Source: Phaeosaccion multiseriatum (lineage: Eukaryota; Protista; Ochrophyta, other classes). Taken from it: DNA of 64,000 bases. Position 1 is the first letter of the stretch. The number at the start of each line of letters is the position of its first letter. Positions 25,878-36,627 of this stretch are shown here, one piece after another. The stretch lies in contig OZ218952.1 in NCBI GenBank assembly GCA_965112735.1, positions 3,472,001-3,536,000 of the forward strand, read 5' to 3'. A program made the position numbers and the translations under genes. The notes under the pieces were generated by a model. That model was not told the DNA's origin, made no database searches, and saw only the letters and a program-made list of their open reading frames with translations.

Positions 25878-28387
25878 TGTGTGTGTGTGTGTGCGTCAGA
25901 GCGACAGTCGACCTGCTCGATCGAGAGACGCCCCCACGTCCACGCCCCCTTCTGTGGCCAGCCAGGTTACCGCTTCCTCATGGCCGCGAAGCACCGCGAG
26001 GTGGACGGGAGACATTCCCCTCTTGTTGCGGAGGGATAGGTCCGCTCCTGCGAGGGGCAAGGATGGCAGTGGATGGCAGTGGATGGCAGTGGATGGCAGT
26101 GGAAGGCCGTGGATGGGGTGGGGTGGGGTGCGTGTAGGGGGGGGGGAGAGGGAATGGGGAAGCGGAGATGGGATGTCCGTTAATGGGGAGGAGGAGATGG
26201 GATGTCCGTTAATGGGGAGGAGGAGATGGGATGTCAGTTAATGGGGAGGAGGAGATGGCATGTCCGTTAATGGGGAGGAGGAGATGGGATGTCAGTTAAT
26301 GGGGAGGAGGAGATGGGATGTCAGTTAATGGGGAGGAGGAGATGGGATGTCAGTTAATGGGGAGGAGGAGATGGGGTGTCAGTTAATGGGGAGGAGGAGA
26401 TGGGATGTCCGCTAATGGGGAGGAGGAGACAAGGGGCAGAGAGGGGAGGAGGAGACAAGGGCCAGAGAGAGGAGGAGGACGAACGTCAAGTTGTGCCTCG
26501 TAAGCAAAGCTCGTTACAGTTACAGTGACACCAATCCTCTTGTTGCTTGCTCGCTCCCTCCCTCCCTCCTCCCCCCTTCTCCATCACCTCCCTCCCTCCC
26601 TCCCTCCCTCCCCCCCTCCCTCCATCTGTATCACCAATTCGCCTACCTGCCAGTGCGAGAAGTCTGAGGACGCCCGTGTGTCCTCCATATGCTGCAGCAT
26701 GCGCCACGCTGTCCCCCGTGAGCCAAGTCGTGTCCGAAACAATATCGAACCCCATCTTTGGAATATCGAGCAAAGCGAATTAACGTATGGAGATGGGGCA
26801 GTGCACAAGAAAGAAAGACGCTAAGGGAGGGCGGCAAGTGACAACTCAACTCAACACCCCCCTGAGGACAACTCCCCAGGGGGGAGGGGGGCATTTCCTT
26901 GGTCTTATGCACCAAGAGAGAGGCATATGGGCAGAGGTCAGAGAGGAGCTTTCTACTCTACTCTTCTCCCTCCCTCCCTCCCTCCCTCCCTCCCTCCCTC
27001 CCTCCCTCCCTCCCTCCCTCCCTCCCTCCCTCCCTCCCCTCCCTACTATTTACGTCCCCTCTATCCCTCCTTCCCTCCCTCCGTCCCTCCCTTTCCTCCT
27101 CCTCCCTCCCTCCCTCCCTCCCTCCCTCCCTCCCTCCCTCCCTCCCTCCCTCCCTCCCTCCCCCCCTCCATCCCTCCCCCTCCCTCCCTCCCCCTCGTCC
27201 CTCCCTCCCTCCCTCCCTCCCTCCCTCCCTCCCTCCCTCCCTCCCCTCCCTACTATTTACGTCCCCTCTATCCCTCCTTCCCTCCCTCCGTCCCTCCCTC
27301 CCTCCCTCCCTCCCTCCCTCTCACTTCGCATGCAAGCACTTTGAGTACGTCGGGTTTGCCGAGTAACGCAGCGAGGTGTGCAAGGCCCTTCCCGTCCCCC
27401 GTGCGGAGGGAGCGCAGGGTCTAATGGAGACAAGCAGATTAGAGGGCATAGAGAGAGGGAGGGGCTTAGTCTCGAGTGACAGGGTGTAGAGAAGGACCAA
27501 GAGGGGAGGAGGGAGGAGGGAGGAGGGAGGAGGGAGGAGGGAGGAGGGAGGAGGGAGGAGGGAGGAGGGAGGAGGGAGGAGGGAGGAGGGAGGAGGGAGG
27601 AGGGAGGAGGGAGGAGGGAGGAGGGAGGGGCTGAGTCTCGAGTGAGAGGGCGTAGGGTCTGTGGTCTAACGGCACACCAAGGGGGGGAGAGCCCTGACCT
27701 ATGCAATGCACACCACTGGGGGGAGAGCCCTGACCTATGCAATGCGCACCAAGGGGGGGAGAGCCCTGACCCATGCAATGCAAACCTGCAAGCCCCGTCA
27801 CAAAACCTGCGTAGTCCCCCCCCTCCTCTCTCCCACCCCTTGTCTCAAGCAATGTGTCTCACGCACGCACGCACCTCAACCCCATCCCTCCGTGCCGCTC
27901 TGCGGAGGGCTGCCACGTTGCTGCGCTGAATCAAGTCCAACAGGCGCTGCAGGAGGGAGGCCTGGCCATGGCTCTGGTACCTGGTGTCAGGATCCATGTG
28001 GTTGCCCATATGATCTGAAATGGCACTGTTGAGGCTGCTGCTGCCCACGCGACTGCTTGTGCTGGTCGTGCCGTTGCTTCTCTCCACCGCGGTCATAGAT
28101 GGAAGGCCCTCCTCCTCCTCCCCCTCCTCCTCCTCCTCCTCCCCCTCCCCCTCCTCATAGGATGTGTCATGGTAACGGTTGTAACCGTCGTCCCTAACCT
28201 CCGTGCCCTTATCCACCCTCCCTCTCAAGCTGCTTGACGCTCTCTTGCGCTTCCTCCTCTTGGTGTGGGACGACACTGAAACTGCCAGGGGCGGAGAACA
28301 TCCACTGCCATCTTGTCCTCTTCCTATCCCTCCCCATCCACTGCCATGTGGGTGGTCCTGGCGGTGGTCTTCCTCATCGCTGGACAT
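16365..28387 (-). CDS. Large multi-exon protein: ankyrin repeats + several ZNF598/Hel2 PAH-like helical modules + three EH (EF-hand) domains
   Basis: ANK exons (GKGLAHLAALLG, GDSVAHAAAYGGH, GMSPVHLAVLRGH, GQSPLDLA) at ~27420-25460. Repeated modules include YRGGLLTAEELYQKVLKPAFG...VMPRLL and YGAGQIAVSSFFGELEEFFG...IPGLAKLLP. EH domains at ~20280-19610, ~19053-18790 (YEKTFNQLDRDQSGSLSGSEARPLLVRSGL...VWRMADVDKDG) and ~17055-16368. TAA at 16365-16367. The start codon is tentative. Confidence 0.7.
18255..18480. repeat. G-rich 17-bp minisatellite (GGTGGTTTTGGGGTTGT)n, intronic
   Basis: Directly visible tandem array with 17- and 20-bp units. Confidence 0.9.
22400..22625. repeat. (GGGA)n microsatellite, intronic (similar arrays at ~23710-23945 and ~26970-27320)
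   Basis: Directly visible. Confidence 0.95.
24075..24240. repeat. Intronic minisatellite of GTCGAGAGAGTCGATATTGAGG-type units
   Basis: Directly visible degenerate tandem units. Confidence 0.8.
26165..26430. repeat. 29-bp minisatellite (GGAGATGGGATGTCAGTTAATGGGGAGGA), about 9 copies, intronic
   Basis: Directly visible tandem copies with no spacers. Confidence 0.9.
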
Positions 28388-28683
28388 GCACTCTTCCTTT
28401 CCGTGCGCATTCGTATCGTGGGAAGTCTGCTGGACCGACCAACCGACCAACCAACCCAATGGCATTGAGAAGATTCGATATGAAACAAGTCGGGGCACAG
28501 AGAGGAGAGAAAAACACAAGCACAAACGTAAAGACAATTAACACAGAGACAATCACTACCGAATGCTAAGCTGAAAGGGGCAGGCACATAGACCTCCTCC
28601 TCCTCCTCCCCGTGCCTGCCCCGTGCCTGACCGTCTGTCGCCATCTGGTACTGTCCTTCCGTCCCTGCCTTCTCTCTGCAAGC

Positions 28684-29649
28684 CTAGGCCTCCCTCACCT
28701 CCGGCCGCACAGCGTCGTCGAGCTGCCGATTGGCGAGCTCAGCGCCGAAGATGTCACGCGCGAGGAGGGCAAATGTCGCCGGAGAGTCCACCGTGGGCTG
28801 GGGGTGTTGGAGCAGGCATATGGGCAGGCATATGGGTAGGCATATGGGCAGGCATATGGGTAGGCATATGGGCAGGCATATGGGTAGGCATATGGGTAGG
28901 CATATGGGCAGGAATATGGACAGGCATATGGACAGGCATATGGACAGGCATATGGGCAGCAGTTGGAGATGCAGAGTAACAGGGCAATCAGGCATATGGG
29001 CAGGTATATGGGCAGGCATATGGACAGGCATATGGGCAGCAGTTGGAGACGCAGAGTAACAGGGCAATCAGGCATATGGGCAGGCATATGGACAGGCATA
29101 TGGGCAGCAGTTGGAGATGCAGAGTAACAGGGCAATCAGGCATATGGGCAAAGAGGACGGATGAGTGGAGACACGGAGGGGGGGGGAGGAGGGGGAGGGG
29201 AGGAAGGGGGGGGGGGGGGGAGAGAGGGTAGGGGGAGAGAGTGAGCAAGAGGGGGAGAGAACAACAGAGAGGGAACGAAGAAGCCCGAGAGAGAGGTTTC
29301 CAGCCCGCCACTCGCACACACATACGCACGCACGCACGCCCACGCCCACGCCCACGCCCACTCCCACCTGAATGTGCACTGCCAGCAGCTGCTTGTTGAA
29401 GAAGAGCGGCGCTCCGTGCTGACCCTCCGCAGCGTTCGTGGCCGGGGACTGCCCCCCCTGGGCCTGCCCCCTCTGTATTGCGGCCTCGTTGTTCTCGTTG
29501 GGCTCGTGGGGGGACTCGTTTGGGTCGATGGAGTAGTGCAAGCGCTTGTGGTCCAGGCGGTCGACGGTTACAGGGAGGCTCTGCTTGCTGCCTCCGTTCA
29601 AGTGGCATACGAGCTCCGCCACAGGCAGAGGCGGTCTTTGTGTGTGTGT

Positions 29650-29708
<59 letters not shown>

Positions 29709-29930
29709 GGTGGGTGGATCGGAGGGGAGGTGGTGGGGTGGGGAGGTGGGGAGGTGGATAGGTCGTTGGTTGATGGGAAGAGGGGGTGGTGGTAGACGAG
29801 AGAGAGAGAGAGACAGAGAGAGAGGGAGAGAGAGAGACAGAGAAAGAGAAAGAGAAAGAGAGAGAGAGCGAGAGAAAGAGGAAGAGAGGGGGAGAGAGAG
29901 AAAGAGAGAAATTGGTAAAGAAAGAGAAGA

Positions 29931-29961
<31 letters not shown>

Positions 29962-31604
29962 AAGAGAGAGAGAGAGAGGGAGAGAGAGAGAGAGAGAGGG
30001 AGAGAGGAGAGAGACGCAGTAATAGATGGGATGGAGAGCTGTGTATCGAGGGAAACCCATTTGTGAAGTGAAGGCTGTTCGCTGTCGCCAATGCTCAGCC
30101 CAACAGGACCAACATACGATGATACGCTTCGCTGCACTGAGAATATAAAAGCGAAACTGCATCAGTCGATCGCCATCACTTCACTTCATGTCTCTCTCTC
30201 AGAAAAGCCAAAGGCATGGGGGCATTCTTACCCCAAGGCTCCGTGATCATGATGGCTCCGTCGCTGCTGTAGCACCAACTGCTGCTGCTGAGAATGGTCT
30301 TTGGCCGCCCACGCGTCGATAATCTTCATCTCCAGCTCGTCCTGCAGCTCTTCGCTGATAGGGTCTGCGGCTTTGAGCACGCCATCGATGTCGATCTCAG
30401 AGGAGCCGACCGTCTCCACGTAGTCGCAGGCACAGGCGGCGAGGGCCCCGGCCGCAAGGGGCTTAAAAAGAACGGCAGGAAGGAGGCGGATAACGGCGGG
30501 GTGGGCCTCCCCTGAGAAAAAGCGACAACGGATGGGGGGTGGGGGGGATCGGGTCATGCGGGGCGGGGGTGAGAGAGGAGGAGGAGGAGGAGCAGGAGGA
30601 GGAGGAGGAGGAGGAGGAGGAGGAGGAGGAGGAGGAGGAGGAGGAGGAGGAGGAGGAGGAGGAGGAGGAGGAGGAGGAGGAGGAGGAGGAGGAGGAGGAG
30701 GAGGAGGAGGAGGAGGAGGAGGAGGAGGAGGAGGAGGAGGAGGAGGAGGAGGAGGAGGAGGAGGAGGAGGAGGAGGAGGAGGAGGAGGAGGAGGAGGAGG
30801 AGGAGGAGGAGGAGGAGGAGGAGGAGGAGGGAGGGAGGGGGGGGGGTAGCACTGTCCCGCTCTTTGAACCTTGCCAGATGGCACTGAGCGTTGTCTAAAG
30901 CAAAGGCTTCATTCGCCCACGCCCTCCTCCCGTCCGATGTCTTCCACACACTTGCACAGCTACGACTGCTGCTGGCTCGCCATCGGAAGGTCGGGATAGA
31001 AGGGTTGTCTGTGCTTGCTTCATTGATTGATTGATTGCAAACGTCGGATCAAAGTCTTACGGAACATACCTGGAGTGAAGAAGTGCACGAGGCATGAGAG
31101 GGCCGCGGCAGGCCCGCTCAGCAAGTGTGAGCCTGCGACCACGCACAGAAGCCCATCGAGGTGGACGAAGAAGCCGCTTCCCTTGTCCTCGAGTGGGTAG
31201 CTGGTCGTGATGAGGCACACGGTCTGGTGGTGGGCGTTGCTGGCGGCCAGCAGCCTCTCCTGCTCGGCTTGCTCTTCGTTCAGCCCCCCCTGGTCTGCGA
31301 GGAGAGCTGCTGCCTTCTCTCTCCTTTCGCGCTCCGCAGCCTCCGCAGCTGCTTGCCGATAGGAGGATAGCTGGCTCCCGACACTACTGCTGTGCATGCT
31401 GTGAATGCTGTCTTCTTCAGTTCCATGTGTCGTCGATCTCTCGCTTCGTCTCCTGCGCCCCACCAACGTAGCCCCGAAGTCTTTTCTAATGTCACCTCCT
31501 TCTTCGGCGCGACTTCTCTCTCTCTTACTCCCTCCCGTGCTGCCAAGGCTTCTCAAGGGGGGGCGAGTAGAGGCTCCTATCCCCGGGGTCGCGGCTACTG
31601 ACAT
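28684..31604 (-). CDS. Trypsin-like peptidase-domain protein, catalytically degenerate, spliced
   Basis: Exons give TVCLI...KGSGFFV...VVAGSHLL, FFTPG|EAHPAVIRLLP, LVCHLNGGSKQ...LHYSID and EGQHGAPLFFNKQLLAVH. This pattern matches GSSGSP-type trypsin-like domains but without the catalytic Ser. The 3' end is uncertain. Confidence 0.55.
28812..29150. repeat. 12-bp GGCATATGGGCA array nested in longer tandem units, intronic
   Basis: Directly visible. Confidence 0.85.
30575..30830. repeat. Long (GAG)n trinucleotide tract, intronic
   Basis: About 250 bp of nearly pure GAG, lying between the inferred donor (~31069) and acceptor (~30513). Confidence 0.9.
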
Positions 31605-31836
31605 CTGCGCTTGCTTGGTCAGCAAGGTCAGAAAAGACAGATCACCTCAGGCCAAGAGCACCCCCACTTGGTAATCAATGCGTCGAAACATTTCTTTCTT
31701 GTTTTTTCATTGTTCCCCCCTTTTCTGGCGTTTCCCGGGATCTGTGAGTCTGGAGTGGAGGAGGAGGCGACATAGCATACAAACACTCCCAAGCAAAGAC
31801 GATCCAAGACCACACCAAAAGGTGTGCAGTGCTGCA

Positions 31837-33173
31837 ATGGCGAGGACGGCAGGGTTGGGCACTGCTTCTACTCCGTCAGCTCTGGAAAAGAAGGCAAGGG
31901 CCGTCTCCTCCCGAGCACAGCAGGTGCAACACCGAGCACCACTCCTTCTGGCCATGCTCCTCATCCTTCTCAACCTCAACAGAGGAGCAGCAGCTGCAGC
32001 AACAGCGGCAGCGTCCAGAGGTAGGACGATGAGGGTGTCGGCTCTTACGTTTCAGCCTTCTTGGTTGGGAGGAAAGGCGTCCACCAGCAGCTATAGCAGA
32101 CGACCGAGCGATGGAAAGCGACCGCGTTGCAGTACGGAGCAGCAGCAGTTTGGGCTGCGCAAAAGGCGGCATGAGGGTGCCCGAAGAGCATTGCACTCAA
32201 GGACAGCCCTCGCATCAGCAGGAGCTGCTACAGTTGCCGGGGGCGGGGGGGAGGGCGAAAGGCATCGGGTTGTCTTTCTGGGGACTCCAGATGTGGCGGC
32301 GGAGGCACTGCAGCTGCTGTTCGAGGCGTCTGACCGGGGAGAGGGAGGGGGCTTTGACATTTGCGCGGTCGTGACGCAGCCGCCCAAACCTGCCGGTAAG
32401 ATCTCGACAGACGGGCTGACAATGGGCGCTCGAGACCCCTTCTCGACGTTCTCCGTGTGAAGTCACCTCCGTTTGGGGTTTACGGGGGTGTCTGTGCATC
32501 ACGCTCTCTCTGGCGTCCCTTTATCCTCTTCTTTAACCCTGTCCACTCCCCTGAATGGACACACACACATACATACGTTCGTCTGTTGACTGACTCTGCA
32601 TGCACATTTATCACCTCTTGCGTCCCATCCGCCACACACACACACAGGAAGGAAGAGGAAGCTGACCCCGTCCCCGGTGCAGCTGCTGGCCGATTCAAGG
32701 GAGGTGCCCGTGCTGGCGCCTGAGAAGGCCAAGGACGAAGACTTCTTGCAAGCCTTACGCGACCTTGAGCCTGAACTGTGCATCACGGCCGCCTACGGAC
32801 AGGTTGGTAGTCTGGGCTGCCCATGGTTCACAACTGGTGGCGATGGAACGAAACGGATCATCGCTGGATGCATATCTCTCCTTTTCTTGCTCCTCATGTC
32901 GTCGCAAGACCTTTTGTGCGTTCATGACACACTCCATCCACCCATCGCTCCCTCGCTCATCAGTTCTTGCCGCGAAAGTTCCTGGAAATCCCTCCCCTGG
33001 GCACTCTCAACGTGCACCCGTCCCTGCTGCCCCTGTGGAGGGGCGCCTCCCCCGTGCAGAGAAGCCTTGAGGCAGGGGACAGCGTCACGGGGGTATCGGT
33101 CCTCTTCACGGAGCTTAAGATGGACTCGGGGCCCATCGTTAGGCAGGTGGGGGCGTGCGTGGGTCTCTCTCTC

Positions 33174-33219
<46 letters not shown>

Positions 33220-34383
33220 TGTGTGTGTATGCTTTCTAACTGTTTAAAGCACCCTTGGGGTGCCGTAGCTAGGTGCCAGTGGGGGGAAAGGATTTGTTTG
33301 GAGTGCCGTTATTATCTCGCTTAGGAACCCTACCCTTCCGAACCGTGACATCGCCCCAAGTCCTACTGAAGGCATGTGTGTCTCTGCTCTGCTCAGCTCT
33401 GTTGTGTGCCCATATGCCTCTGGGCTGCGCTACCGTGTAACCCATTCATCCACTGCCACCGCCCCGCACCCACTGCCATCCCATCCCACCCCATCCACTG
33501 CCATCCCACCCCACCCCACCACCCCTCCTTAGACCGAATACAAGTACCGGGGTGACGAGAAGGCCCCTGAAATGCTCTCCACGCTCTTTGCGGCGGGCAC
33601 TCGGGACCTCATCTCTGCGCTGCCCTCTGTGTGGGACGGGTCTGTGAGCAGGGCCGAGCAGCAGCACGAGGCTGCCACTCCGGCGGCCAAAATCTCCCCG
33701 GAGGAGGCGATGGTGGACTTTGAGGGGCAGACGGCGCTGAACATTCACAACAAGGTGATAGACAGACAGACAGACAGACAGACAGAAAGACAGGCGGGCA
33801 GACAGACAGACACAGGCAGAAAGACAGACGGGCAGACAGACAGACAGACCGACAGACAGACCGACAGAAAGAGAGGCAGACAGGCAGACAGAGAGATCGA
33901 TCGACAGACACCCACCCACAATCATACACGAACGGACACACGCAAACAGCACACTGATGTCAAGGATTGATGTACTTACCCTGCCTCTTCCTGCCTCTTC
34001 CTGCCTCCTTCGCGTCTACCTCGTGCGCAAAGGTGCGAGCGTTGGCGGGCTGGCCAGGCACATGGGCCAACTTCAGCTGGGGAGGGAGCAGCGAGGCCAA
34101 GAAACTGAAACTCATCACCACGGCTGTGGAGCCAGATACAGGGGGGGAGACCCCCTCGCGCGAGGTTGAGCTCGTAGGCAAGAGCTTGCGCGTGGTGTGC
34201 GGGGATGGGAGCTGCCTGCAGGTCTTGGAGGTGCAGCCGCCGAGCAAGAAGGCAATGGATGCCAAGTCCTTCGTCAATGGCCTCAAGGGGCAGGTCAGCA
34301 AAGACGCCGACCCGGAGACCGCCGCCGCGGCCATGAAAGTTCGCTGGATACCCAACGATCCACCAACGACAGCGGCGACATAA
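31837..34383 (+). CDS. FMT: Methionyl-tRNA formyltransferase, organelle-targeted, spliced
   Basis: Motifs RVVFLGTPDVA, AVVTQPPKPAGRKRKLTPSPV, ITAAYGQFLP, NVHPSLLPLWRGASPVQRSL, KMDSGPI, NKVRALAGWPG, LEVQPPSKKAM. The long leader contains a hydrophobic stretch (PLLLAMLLILLNL). The start codon is uncertain (31678, 31837 or 31954). Confidence 0.93.
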
Positions 34384-34549
34384 GACTAGATCAAACACGA
34401 TACACACTCGAGTGTCCTCCGCAGAGTGTTCCGCTGTACCATGGGCATTCCTTTGGCAGTCCACCGAGTTTCCTCATTCCACACTCCCAAAGGTCACAAA
34501 CGTGCTTGTTTCCTTGAGCGTCCCATCTCCCATGCAATCATAAAACCCG

Positions 34550-35253
34550 TCCTGTCTGCCTCTTGAGGATCCAAGTGGGCGTCAGTCATGCGTAGGAGAT
34601 GATGAAGGGGGCGGGAGTTGCAGGAGCAAGAGCAGCGGAGGGGTCGTGGCAGGCTAAGCACACAAGTCTCAAGGACGGCAAGGACGGGCAAACACTGTTG
34701 CTGTCCACGTCGTTGCTCGTTTCCATACCCAGCCCCATGCCAGTTCCATGCCCAGCCCCCCGAAGTTAGAGTCACCACCACGCACCGCCACCTCCTCGTC
34801 AGCCTGGGTACTTCCTCCTTCGCTCCGCTCTCTTTCTGTCTCTTCCATGTCGCCCTCCTCTTCTTCTCCGCCGCCATCTTCCCCCTCCTGTCTCGCTGGT
34901 ACCTCTCCCTTCCTTTGCTGCCGCTGGGGAGGAAGGAACAGAAGAATGCACACACAATGACACAATTGTCCCTCGTGGAGAACCTCTGCCGTAGACAGCA
35001 CCCTTGCATCGCGCGCCAAGCTACAAAAGCGAGTGTCCCCCGCAGAGTCGTGCTCATTTCCCTTGCTTTTTGCTTATCAGCCGATTATCCTCTTTCCTCC
35101 CCCTCCCAATCAGCCGTACTGCCCATCCCCCCTCTTCCGACGGCGCCAGCGCTGCTGTTGCTGCGGCTTCTCCTTGTTCTTGTCATTATCTTCCTCCTCG
35201 GTGACGCTCCTTCGCTCCATCGGCCAGCAGCATTCGACACTCAACAGAGAGAG
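34550..35253 (-). pseudogene. Decayed 5' fragment of the FANCB-like gene plus the shared promoter region (remnant of a deleted array unit)
   Basis: Similar to ~43310-43990 and ~51075-51870 (ARDARVLSTAEVLHEGQLCH...), with frameshifting indels. Ends at CAACAGAGAGAGC. Confidence 0.8.
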
Positions 35254-36100
35254 CCAACTGCCTCATGACGATGGCATCGTCACCACAAGTGAGTCGATCC
35301 GTCTGAGAGCCGGTAGGAGGAGCGACACCAGCAGCTGCTGTCGATACCAAAGACGGCCACAGCAGTCGCTCCACGCTCCAGTCCAGTGATGCCAGACGGG
35401 GTGTTGCTCCACTTCCCGCTGCTGGTGCCCCTGCCGCTGCTGCCATGGATGCCACGGAAGATGCTCTCCCCTGCTCATCGAGGCGAGGGCGCCACACCAC
35501 AACGTTTCTTCCCTCATGGGAGCAGGCAGCCACAGCTGGTCCATCCACGATGGCGAACTGCCACCCGTCCGCTGCTGCTTCTCCTGCTGCTTCTGCTGTT
35601 GGTCGTACGCATCTCCTCCCCTCCCCTTCCTTCCTATCTTGAGGGTCCAAGTGGGCGTCAGTCATGTGTAGCGCATCTCCAAACTCCAAGTCGTGCACTT
35701 CGAAGGCGGCGGCAGTTGCAGCAGCAGTAGCAGCGGAGAGGTCGTGGCAGGCTAAGCACACAAGTCTCAAGGACGGCAAGGAGGGGCAAAAACTGTTGCT
35801 GCCCACGTCGTTGCTCGTTTCCATGTCCAGCCCACCGAAGTTAGAGTCACCACCACGCACCGCCACCTCCTCGTCAGCCTGGGTACTTCCTCCTTCGCTC
35901 CGCTCTCTCTCTGTCTCTTCAGTGTCGCCCTCCTCTTCTTCTCCGCCGCCATCTTCCCCCTCCTGTCTCCCTGGTACCTCTCCCTTCCTTTGCTGCCGCT
36001 GGGGAGGAAGGAACAGAAGAATGCACACACAATGACACAATTGTCCCTCGTGGAGAGCCTCTGCCGTAGACAGCACCCTTGCATCGCGCGACAAGCTACA
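35254..36100 (-). pseudogene. Second 5' fragment of the FANCB-like gene (3'-deleted)
   Basis: Near-identical to 42931-43775. The rest of the gene is absent. Confidence 0.8.
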
Positions 36101-36627
36101 AAAGCGAGAGTTCCCCAGCTCATTTCCTTTGCTTATCAGCCGATTATCCTCTTTCCTCCCCCTCCCAATCAGCCGTACTGCCCATCCCCCCTCTTCCGAC
36201 GGCGCCAGCGCTGCTGTTGCTGCGGCTGCTCCTTCTTCTTGTCATTATCTTCCTCCTCGGTGACGCTCCTTCGCTCCATCGGCCAGCAGCATTCGACACT
36301 CAACAGAGAGAGCGAATTGGATGGTGCCTGTGTTGGTCCTCCGCCCCAGCTCACAGCTAGCCAGTGGGAATCCTTATCCTTTCTCATCCTCGAGAGATTG
36401 GAGAGCAGTAAGAGCTTACGACAGAAAATGTTGATGATGAGAGCGATGTCGTTGAGGGGAGTGGCCAGAGCGTGCTACTCCTCTTGCATTGGCAGGAATA
36501 GAAGAGGACCCGCAGCAGTAGGAGACACCGGTGTGCCGACTCTACTCTCCCTCAGCAGAAGCAGCTGCCGCAGCAATGGTCCTGCTACTCTACTGGGGGA
36601 AGTGACAAGTCGAGACAGATACGGCTT

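Noticed and set aside
26165-26430. 29-bp repeat array as a CRISPR
   Set aside because: Units are contiguous with no unique spacers, in a eukaryotic intron, with no cas genes.
30228-30949. Poly-P/E/G/S/L ORFs
   Set aside because: They are translations of an intronic (GAG)n tract. The flanking exons join sensibly without it.
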